Shown here piece by piece: positions 53,551 to 64,000 of a stretch of 64,000 bases of DNA. Origin of the DNA: Gordius albopunctatus. Lineage: Eukaryota. Numbering within the stretch: the first letter of the stretch is position 1; every line of letters starts with the position of its first letter. Under the pieces are notes generated by a model. The model was not told the origin of the DNA. It saw nothing but the letters and a program-made list of their open reading frames with translations, and did not search any database. The stretch covers positions 7,812,001-7,876,000 of the forward strand of contig OZ193909.1 in assembly GCA_964276515.1 (NCBI GenBank), written 5' to 3'. The translations under genes were made by a program, and so were the position numbers.

Positions 53551-55189
53551 GATATACATACATATTTTAGAATAAAACAATTTGCATTGTATTTGTGAAG
53601 TAGTAATAATATGTTTAGAAAAAGAAAACAAATATAAATTTAAGGAACCAAAATTATTGATATTAGTAATCTGTTCAAAGATTGTATATAAGAATAATTT
53701 CCTGCTTGGAATATAATTTTGAATTACAACAATACATTATTTAAAACTAAATTTTCAAATTCTTTAAATATTATATAATTCTAAGTTCTAAGAAATGTAT
53801 ATGAAAATAACAAAGCTGAGAATGTTTGAATCATTATTTAAGTTATATGATAGAAAATTGGTATAGCCTTCACTTAACTTATTTATGGTTAATAAAAAAA
53901 TATTTTTGTAACTAAAAAATAGAGATCATTTAAAATAACTTTTAAAATACATATGTAAAAATTACTAAAAATCCTGTAAAAAAATATAACAAATTATATA
54001 AAAAGGTAGCCCCTAAATTTAAATTAAATTATAATCATAGATATATTCCTATTATTAAAAAAAATAGGCTTAAACTTCACATACTTGCTAATTTTGTTTG
54101 AAATTTGTTTTCGGCACAACTACAACTCGTCAAAGTTGATGGGCCTTATCTAAAGCAAGAAACATTTGTGGACAAAATTAAAATAATAGAAAGATCGCTT
54201 TTATTATCTTAATATATTGACCTTCGTTTTAAAATCTACAAGCTTTGTACATTTTATTATGTCATATATATTTAAATAAATTTCTAAGTGCAAATATTTC
54301 TTTCATACACTCTAAATTTATGACTACCATATACGTGTCTCTCTTCAAAATTATCTGCAAATAGATTATTTTTAAATTTTTTCAATGGCTATATATTACT
54401 CATGATTAATGTGAGCTATTTTATTTTATTTTTATATTTTAATGGCACTATTATATGTTAAATTTTGTAAAAAGTTTTTTTTCGCTTTCAAACTAGTCAT
54501 AACTTCACAATAAGTGCTTTATCTGTTTGCTATAATCTAGTTCCTTAATGACTACGCCATATTCTTGATTTTAAATTAAGATTTGAGGACTATCTTTAGA
54601 TCTAACCTCTGCATCATGGGCGTAGCTAGGTTTTGGATTGGTATGTAGTGTGAAACAAATTTATGCAAGAATTAATAAAAATTACGGTATTTTTTTGCTT
54701 AACTTTGGCCCAACTCTTAAAAAACTCTAAATAAATTAACAAGGACAGGACATGGGCTAGCCAGAATTTAAATTAAGGGGGATGAGCAAAAATGTTTTGA
54801 GTGCAAAAAAACAAATTGATTTTAATTCAAACCATCCAAAATTTTATAAAAGATTGTTAAATACAAAATGGTGGATTTGGTGGTTTTCATTTTATTATAT
54901 AAAATATATGACATGAGCAGTCTATATAATCTATGGGCATAACAGAGCTTTCCCTCCACTCATCAGGTATCATATCATTTGCTAAATAGCTTTACGAGTA
55001 AATATACACCTAAGGGCCCTAGCATTTTGCAACCTTCTATAGGTTAGGTTAACAGATTCCTCGGCTATACCCATGGTCATCATTTTAATCACCTGTTCAG
55101 CCTCTTAATCTCTCACTTCTAACTCTAAGTCATATTTATAGTTCTTGCTTTCGCAGTGGTCTGAAACGCCATTTTCTCTTAATTAATTA

Positions 55190-58100
55190 TTTATAGTAAC
55201 GATCTATGATTTGATTGGCCAAAGTTCGAGTGTTACCTTCCTTGCTCTTTATATTATTTAAGTTTAATACATCCTTTGAGTTCCTTGCCCTTATCTTTGC
55301 AATTTTTTAGATCATTCTTTCCCCTTCTTTAGTAATTAGCTTGGCGTTTAAATTCCCTCAGACATCTGCTTAAGTCTGGCCACACAGCGTTTTGCCTCAT
55401 TTTGACCTTTTATATATGCCAATCTTGTTTCTCATTTCTGTTATCTGACCATAAGCTTTATTTTCAATTGATTAGGCGTTGCACGTCTTCGTCCCACCAC
55501 CATGTCTTATTATGTTTTTGTATACCAGGTTTTCCGTCTCCTAGAACACATTTCGCTAATGTTCGTACCGCGCTAGCTATATATTCCACATAATCGTTAG
55601 CATTTTGCTGATCATCTATCTATAGCATTGATTTTTTTATATTGTAAACATGTTTCAATTATGAAAGCCGGAACCATTTGTTTTTATCAATTAATCTCTT
55701 CGGCTTTTGTGTAGAAATAACATATTCCATCACAACTAGTCTGTGTTGGGCTGCACTTACAATTTGTGGCATATGTCGATATTAATTTATATGCCAAATT
55801 AAGTTATTTTTATCTTGGTTAATTTATCATTAATTTACGTTATAACTTGAGTCATACATCCCTCTAAAAAATAATATGAAATGCTATTAATAAAATCATT
55901 CGCTAAAATTATAATGTGTATTTGTTGCGTCAATTGACTTAATTGTCTCATTTACATTACCTTACTACTTCACGACGTTAATTGACCAATCAAGCATACC
56001 TGGCGGAGATTGATTTATTTATACCTCGCGTAATTGATTTATTTATACCTCGAGGACTCAACACTAAATTTAATTGTTTATTCAATTAATGCGCGATTAC
56101 ATAAACGCACTTATTTTTCTCAAACGACACTTGCTCTTGTAATTGGATATTAAATAAAACAATCTCGAAATTGGTGACCCCGTTCGGGGGAGCCATATAT
56201 ATTTTTTTTTAAAAACTCCCCCTGAATACGCCCTTAAATATTAGGCACTATTTTTGGCAATCCAGCATCCACGATCGAGCTGCAACAAAACTTCAACCTC
56301 TTAACACCTCTAGCAATACGTGTCCGACTGCTGTGACAAGTTGCCTACCTACTTGTGTGTTTCTACGAAGAAAAACATGATGTTCTACTACACCTCTACA
56401 TAGACAACAACAACGCCTGCCGAACGCCCGTCCACTGCTGCGCATGGCCCTAATCACAAAACCCATCTCAACATCAACACTACATGGCCTCTTGCAATGA
56501 GCAAAGACTACGTTCGGCAAAACAATGACACCTACTACCAACGTTCTCACGACCGCTTACCGGTTTAGTTGATGACCGATTGCAATTCCACTATAGATAC
56601 CTCTGCCCGCGGCATGGATCTTATTAATATATTGGATAGCATCACAACAACATACACGCAACTCACACCTCGGTCACCTCACTAACAACCACGGTAGGCG
56701 GAGACAAAACTGGCTGGTATTACGAACATCCTTTACACATACTTTACATCAACCAAAAAAAAAAATTTTTCAATTTTAAGTAACGCTCCACGTCTACGAA
56801 GGAGACTATTTGTTGCGTCAATTGACTTAATTGTCTCATTTACATTACCTTACTACTTCACGACGTTAATTGACCAATCAAGCATACCTGGCGGAGATTG
56901 ATTTATTTATACCTCGCGTAATTGATTTATTTATACCTCGAGGACTCAACACTAAATTTAATTGTTTATTCAATTAATGCGCGATTATATAAACGCACTT
57001 ATTTTTCTCGAACGACACTTGCTCTTGTAATTGGATCACTTCTTCGAGCTAGTTTCTTAGTTAGGATAAAGTATAATTACTTTATTGTATAATATAAATT
57101 AAATCGTTGGAAGAAAAGAAAGTCAGTAAAAAGAGTTTTAAACTCCTTTTATATACTCGTGAATTAGTTGAATAAATCAAATTTAGTGGTGTCTATAAAT
57201 AAATCAATTACGCGAGGTATAAATAAATCAATTTAGTGGTGTCTCCGCCAGGTATGCTTGATTGATCAATTAACGTCGTGAAGTAGTAAGGTAATGTAAA
57301 TGAGACAATTAAGTTAATTGACGCAACACCTCCGCGAGGTATAGGACGCAACACCACAAATAGTCTCCTTCGTAGACGTGGAGCGTTACTTAAAATTGAA
57401 AAAATTTTTTTTTTGGTTGATGTAAAGTATGTGTAAAGGATGTTCGTACTACCAGCCAGTTTTGTCTCCGCCTACCGTGGTTGTTAGTGAGGTGACCGAG
57501 GTGTGAGTTGCGTGTATGTTGTTGTGATGCTATCCAATATATTAATAAGATCCATGCCGCGGGCAGAGGTATCTATATTGGAATTGCAATCGGTCATCAA
57601 CTAAACCGGTAAGCGGTGGTGAGAACATTGGTAGTAGGTTGTTCGTTTTGTCGAACGTAGTCTTTGCTCGTTGCAAGAGACCATGTCGTGGTATCGCTTT
57701 GCCGAACGTAGTCTTTGCTCGTTGCAAGAGGCCATGTGGCGTTATCGTTTTTGTGATGGGCCATGCGCAAAACATTGGTTGGGCGTTCGGCAGACGTTGT
57801 TGTTGTTTAAAGGCGCATTCAGGGGGAGTTTAAAAAAAAATGGGCTCCCCCGAGCGGGGTCACCAATTTCGAGATTGTTTTATTTAATATCCAATTACAA
57901 GAGCAAGTGTCGTTTGAGAAAAATAAGTGCATTTATATAATCGCGCATTAATTGAATAAACAATTAAATTTAGTGTTGAGTCCTCGAGGTATAAATAAAT
58001 CAATTACGCGAGGTATAAATAAATCAATCTCCGCCAGGTATGCTTGATTGATCAATTAACGTCGTGAAGTAGTAAGGTAATGTAAATGAGACAATTAAGT

Positions 58101-59215
58101 CAATTGACGCAACATGTACATCTCTTACTGAATCTTCTACTGACATCCACGCACCATTAATCAATCTCCTGGTATGAGCGATATACAAGATCCATGAAGG
58201 TTTTGGAAGAAACCTAATATATATATGTTAACCTTATGTCATCCGCAAGATATTATATAGATTATATGTATATCATCATGAATCGCTATATGTCATAACT
58301 TATCATCATGAATCGCTATATGGGATAACTGACTTTTCCATTTTTTGATTATAAAAATTGTGAGTTACGAAATAAAGAAAGACATTTAATTGAAAACTAA
58401 AATTGTGAAAAGTAATTTAACCGAAAGATAAGAAAGAACATAAAACAATTGCGTACATTTTTAATTCCTTTCTTGATATTAAGATGAAGTCTATCTGCGA
58501 AGACTGATTCCGACTTTTGTAAGTTATCAAGTGATTTACATTCTTTTTTTAAAAAGTACTTTTGCTGGCCAAATCAAATACCAGAGCTATTTTCTATATT
58601 TCTTCGTCTTCATCGTTTCTCGACCCATGTGCATTTCAATTATAGTACCGATCGAATCCTTCTCTTGTTTTGCTAATGTGACCGTTTATATTCGCTCCAA
58701 TTAGAATTATATAGGCTCTAGGTATCAACGAAGCGTCTCTTCTAACTCTTCTCAAAATCAACCTTTATATAATCTGTGCTGAGCATAACCGGACACTACA
58801 CTGATCAATTGACCTTCTATGAAAAGTTTTAACATCATAGGCCGGCCACTTTTTCTTTGTCTCAACGACTGACTTTGGAGTTGCTAAGCTAATATGATTG
58901 CCATGTCATTTTTATGCATATCTAGGCCATTGAAATAAATTTTATGGCCTTCAGCTATCATCCATGCTTTTACTCCTTTCCATCTTGTGTCTGGTATACA
59001 TGCTATATCAACCCTTAGCTTGCTGAGGGTGTCAGTAACTTCTCGTCATTTCGCAGTCATCGTTCCAACATTTAGCGAGTCCGCTCTCAATCTTGACCTT
59101 AGCAAACTAGTTGTCTTTGACTACATCCGTTTGCGGAAGATGTAGTGACCTTCCTCGTTGACATTTCACAATTGTCGTTTACGGAGGACGCCCTAGCGCT
59201 TTCATTATTGCGAAC
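55190..59215 (-). mobile_element. Old RTE-clade LINE remnant in two pieces (59215-58115 and about 55620-55190), split by later insertions
   Basis: SLNVGTMTAK, VDIACIPDTRWKG in the upper piece and VLG...TWWWDEDVQ in the lower piece, in the expected order; ctagggcgtcctcc shared with 24969. Confidence 0.65.
55923..58114. repeat. About 2.2-kb imperfect palindrome of repeat family B
   Basis: Outer ends TGTTGCGTCAATTGAC / GTCAATTGACGCAACA; left arm 55923-57036 versus right arm about 57130-58114; internal direct repeat 55923-56148 = 56811-57036. Confidence 0.88.
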
Positions 59216-59312
59216 TTTCATATAGAGAAGTATATAACTGATAAATTTATCTTCGCTTTAAAATTATTTACACAACTCTAAAACTGCTATCTTGATATAA
59301 TTGATTAATATA

Positions 59313-60920
59313 AAGGATACACTCCGTATAAATGTATCATATTTGCTATGCAATTTATGGAAATACTTACGTGAATATTGCAAAACGAAGGTTGGAAGCA
59401 CTAAATAAGTGTATATGCCAAATATCATAAAGGGGGAGAGAGGGAGCGAAGGGGAAGCTTTATGGTTAGTTAAATTCTACGGGAAACAGTTGTATTACCA
59501 AAAAGTCATAATAGCAATGGTAGGAACAGGAACAATCATAATAGTCAAAAAAAACGAAAAAAAAATTTTCGAATCACATTTTGGCCAAAGGTCATTTTTT
59601 TCCATTGGTCAGCAGCCAGGACACGGTAAAAGTGGATATAAATTCATAATAGTCAAAAAAAACGAAAAAAAAGTTTTCGAATCACATTTTGGCCAATGGT
59701 TATTTTATTCCATTGGTCAGCAGCCAGCGGACGGCCAAAAAGTCATAATAGCAATGGTAGGAACAGGAACAATCATAATATTCAAAAAAAACGAAAAAAT
59801 AAACTCGGATACACATTTTGGCCAATGGTCCTTTTTTTCATTGGTCAGCAGCCAGCGGACGGCCAAAAAGTCTTATTATCATTGATAGTAACAAGAACAA
59901 TCATAAGAGTCAAAAAAAACTCCGGGATTCTAACCCAAAAACTAGATAAATTGCATAGCAATTATTAAAAAGTATAGGGTAATTATCAATGTTAACCTAT
60001 TCAAAAACGAACAAAAAATTTCGATTTATTTGGCCAATGGTAATTTTTTCAATTATCAATGTTAACCTATTCAAAAAGGAAAAACAAAAAATTAGGATTT
60101 ATTTGGCCAATGTTCATTTTTTCATTGGTCAGTAGCCAGCGGACGGTCAAAAAGTCATATTATCAATGGTATTAACAAGAACAAAATATTAAATTAATTA
60201 AAAAAATAAAAATTTTGCCCTCTCCGGGATTCGAACCCACATTAAATAGAGGCATAAGCCTTTGGAGGGGAACAGGGAACCATATAAATAGAGCCATAGG
60301 CCCTTGTAGGGGAGGGCATAGGGTAATTATCAATGTTAAACTATTAAAAAACGAAAAATTAAAAATTTCGATTTATCTGGCCAGTGGTCATTTTTTCATT
60401 GGTCAGTAGCCTGCGGACGGTCAAAAATTCATATTATCAATGGTATTGACAAGAACAATATATTAATTTAATTTAAAAAAAAATAAAAATTTTTGTCCTC
60501 TCCGGGTCTCGAACCATCAATTTAGAACGTTCGCCGGGATTCAAACCCACATTAAATAGAGGCATAAGCCTTTGGAGGGGAACAGGGAACCATATAAATA
60601 GAGCCATAGGCCCTTGTAGGGGAGGGCATAGGGTAATTATCAATGTTAAACTATTCAAAAACGAAAAATTAAAAATTTCGATTTATCTGGCCAGTGGTCA
60701 TTTTTTCATTGGTCAGTAGCCTGCGGACGGTCAAAAAGTCATATTATCAATGGTATTAACAAGAACAAAATATTAATTTAATTAAAAAAAAAAAAATTTT
60801 TTGTCCTCTCCGGATCTCGAACCCGCAACCTCCAGGTCGGGAAGCTGGTGTAAATAACTTGGTGGACGACGGACGGACGACGGACAACCAAAAACGAGCC
60901 CATAAATTGCATAGCAATTA
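59313..60920 (-). mobile_element. HINE/Helentron-like element, copy 2 (inverted relative to 22258-24165)
   Basis: Near-identical reverse complement of 22258-24083 with one fewer central repeat dimer; ends GATACA-tttatacggag-TGTATC-CTTT. Confidence 0.8.
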
Positions 60921-61985
60921 AATAGATAAAGAATGTACTATTTGGTTGCAGCGAAAAATTAATTAAATGTTACTTTTATATTTTTATTATGTATTTAAAA
61001 ATATGATATTATATTTCAAAAGTATAATTATTGGTAAAAATAATAAAAGTTGATAAAACTGAATAAAAATTGAGTGGATATTGCTAACAAGCAAGGTATA
61101 AAGAATAGGAAAGCGCTTATAGAGTGATATGAAAATTTTGCTCTTGTAAAGAACGAAAGCTATACAAAGCCACAACATACACGCCCACAAATTCTACATG
61201 TGACTATTGTTCATGTACTTATGGCTGAGATGAAGGTTAAATAAGATTATATCCCTAATACCTTCAACCTTCTTGACCGATGTAGATCAACAAAACAATT
61301 AACAATTTTAAAAACCAACCTATTTAGCAACCTTTATGTGTATTCTTATATAAAAATCCCTTTTTGTTAAATTAATTTAGCGATTATTATCATTAAATTA
61401 AATATATAATAATATGAAAACATTTTCTTTTCAATTTAAATATATTTAGAAAAAATTATTTAGTTTCAAAAAACAAATATATTTATTATATATCCCATTC
61501 TTCAACAGGTCAACCTAACCCCAACCCCGTGTTAAGGTTTAGGTAAGACCTTAAGGGTTTTAAGGTTGATTTTGGGGTTCCACCCCAGGTTTGGGTTGGG
61601 GAATCTAAAAGACCTTTAAGGTTTTTTTCCAAAACCCAAAACCTACCTCGGGAAAACCCAACCTATGTTTCGATCATCACTAGTACGATGGCGACCTTTA
61701 AATGTATTTAACATGCGAAGATTAAAATGGCTTGCTCACCAAAAATTCATAAAAGGTGACAATATATAACTATCATAAATTTTTGTTAATGGCCAAAAAC
61801 CAGCCTCTCTCCTAAATCCCACAACGCACCGACGGGACCACCCTTTAATTATGACATAGAAATTATAGGGATGAGTAGTAAATTGCGTCAAATTGAATTT
61901 ATATACCTAAACAACGGATGAAACTGTGTCGAGTACGATTATTCTAATGTAGTTTATGTAAAAATTGCTTCTAAATGGCACTAAT
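60921..61985 (-). pseudogene. Decayed partial tandem duplicate of the HGSNAT 3' exons
   Basis: 61105-61292 matches the last exon (LWACMLWLCIAFVLYKSKIFISL) with indels; 61775-61845 and 61905-61955 match exons 63255-63325 and 63425-63508; introns retained; MITE piece at about 61500-61682. Confidence 0.85.
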
Positions 61986-62753
61986 CAGAGTTTACTTATT
62001 ATCTAAGTAGCGGCACTGGTATATCGGGTGCCTCTTAATTGCTATGCAATATATGGGTCTTGTTTAAACCTTATCAAATGTTTAAAAATCCGAGAATAAC
62101 TAGATAATTGTAAAATTTAAATTAAAGTGGCAAAAAAATATTTCTAAATTACAGTAGTTGAAATTTTAAGCTATCATAGTAGTTGTGGTTTTTTTCTTAT
62201 TCATTTTAAAAACTTTCCACCAAAGTATGCATATGAAATTCATAATTTTTCTTATATTTTTACAAAAGTTACATTTTAATTGCTATGCAATTTATGGGCT
62301 CGCTTTTCGTTGTCGCGTCGTGAGTATGCAATTACCATTTATAAACAAAATAAGCGTCATTGTATGGAGATTTAAAATGAAACATAACAAAGGTAGAAAA
62401 TTGGGAAGACTAATCATTCCCTCAAATTTTGATTTATTCAAATAATAGCAACAATATCAAACTACATAATTTTTGACATATTTATTTTATACATATTTAT
62501 TTTTACCCAGAGGTGTAACGATGTAATATTAGATTTTATGCTTATATAATTGTGTAATCTAAAGAATATATGCTTAACAATAGATAGAGAACATAATTTT
62601 TTTTGCAGCAAAGTTAAAATTAAAATGATATTCAATTATATAAAGCGTAATAGGTGATAAAACTGAATAAAAATTTGAAGAGATCCTAAATGTGGTAAAT
62701 ACTTCAGTGGATATTGCCAATAAGTATGATTTAAAAATAGCATAAAAGCGATT

Positions 62754-64000
62754 CTAAAGTGATATGAAAATTTTCTTTTTGTACAGAACGAAAGCTACAC
62801 CGAGCCACAACATACACGCCCACAAATCCTGCATGTATAAGTATGTATGACTGTTCGCGTATTTATGGCTGAGATGGAGGTTGAATGGGAAAAAGTCCCT
62901 GAAAACTTCGTGACCGATGTAGATCAACAAAGGATTCATACCTAAATTAATTTAAACCATCATATAAAAAAGAGAGACAATCATGTAGGTAGTAAGGCAA
63001 TACTCTTCCACTATTTGATAATTAACAAAAAAATAGAAATGAACGGTAGTTGTTGTTACCAACAAATTTGAATGGAACTCCGTCCCACACTTTAATAACG
63101 TCGATTAGGAGGAAGCAAACCATGAGAGCTAGATGGGATAAAGCCCCGGTTGCTAGAGTATAAGATGGCGACCTTCAGATATAATTAAAAGGATAAAATT
63201 AAAATGAGCAATTTTTTCCTAAAGTCTCATACAAAGTTACAATATGTGTAGTACCATAAATTTTTGTTAATGGGCACAAATCCACCTTCACTTCTAAATC
63301 CACACAACGCACCGGCCAGACCACCCTTTAATAATTCCAATAAATTGCATGACATAGAAATTATAGGTTTTGAGTAGCAAATCGCATATATTAAACAAAA
63401 GTTTAAATTCTTTTATTTATATACCAAAATAACGAAGGAAACTGTGTCGAATACGATGATTCTGATGTAGTTTTTGTTGCTAAAGTTTGCCATGTAAGTT
63501 TTGGCTGCCTACAATTAACATAACGAAACTTAAAAGTTATATAAAATAATTGTATGAATTAATATAAGAGATAAATGTGATTTTAAAAATTAAAGATCTG
63601 ACTGAAACTTTTGGTAAAATATAAAATTTTGTAATAGTAAACTCTGGTACCCTTGTTCCCAAATAAGCTAGCAAAGTGGCTGAAAATGTTCCTAGTATTC
63701 CTTCGGGATCGAAAGGCACAGTTGTTTGATAAACTTTCTAAGACGCAAACAAGGTACATTTTTTAATTGAAAACGACAAAAAATATGACAAATACTTAAG
63801 TGGGTATATGAAATTTTAAAACAAAAGATTGATGGTAATAGAAAAAATAATAATGTAAAAGATGATAACGAGCTTAAAAATGGTACTTCAAACAAAATAC
63901 TTGTCTTAAAAATGTAAAAGTACCTTACAAGTAGGGTTTTGATACATATGATTAGATCCCAGGATGATTCTGTCGACGTAACCAGAAAACCCGCCCGTAC
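62754..64000 (-). CDS. HGSNAT: Heparan-alpha-glucosaminide N-acetyltransferase, last six exons (64000-63924, 63737-63651, 63508-63425, 63325-63255, 63172-63060, 62941-62754); 5' part outside the window
   Basis: TGGFSGYVDRIILGSNHMYQNP, PFDPEGILGT, VPINKNLWSPSY, WDGVPF..GMNPLLIYIGHE and VLYKKKIF; all junctions are GT-AG and in frame. Confidence 0.95.

Noticed and set aside
56171..56192. TGGTGACCCCG after a direct repeat beginning TG, resembling a tRNA-Trp primer-binding site of an LTR/TRIM element
   Set aside because: It is about 22 bp from the repeat end, is part of a CCCCG/CGGGG hairpin present in all family B copies, and I see no polypurine tract or TSD
59409..59968. 158-aa and 90-aa repetitive ORFs
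   Set aside because: Chance translations of the HINE tandem repeats, mirrored at 23205-23712
61510..61682. Telomere-like CCTAA/GGGTT tracts
   Set aside because: Irregular, not tandem, and ending in a TAGTGATGATCG-type TIR, so a MITE fragment

Overview
AT-rich eukaryotic, probably invertebrate animal, genomic DNA with very short (about 34-44 nt) and long TE-filled spliceosomal introns. Host genes recognised from conserved protein motifs: COX11 (+, 4 exons), SNX14 (+, about 26 exons over 17 kb), SSU72 (-, 3 exons, two unusual insertions) and the 3' end of HGSNAT (-), followed by a decayed partial tandem copy. Two phase-compatible exons of an unidentified, possibly secreted protein lie on the - strand near the window start. 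The rest is nested mobile DNA: RTE-clade LINEs, hAT elements and MITEs with 8-bp TSDs, MULE and Chapaev/CMC transposase remnants, a decayed DIRS-like RT, two inverted copies of a Helentron/DINE-1-like element with tRNA-derived B-boxes, and several long palindromes. I see no clearly new multi-gene system. The most unusual items are the B-box-bearing HINE-like element (empty site in the window, different 3' ends), a tandem repeat whose unit is one intron plus one micro-exon, and the orphan RT. Family assignments come from recalled motifs, not database searches.
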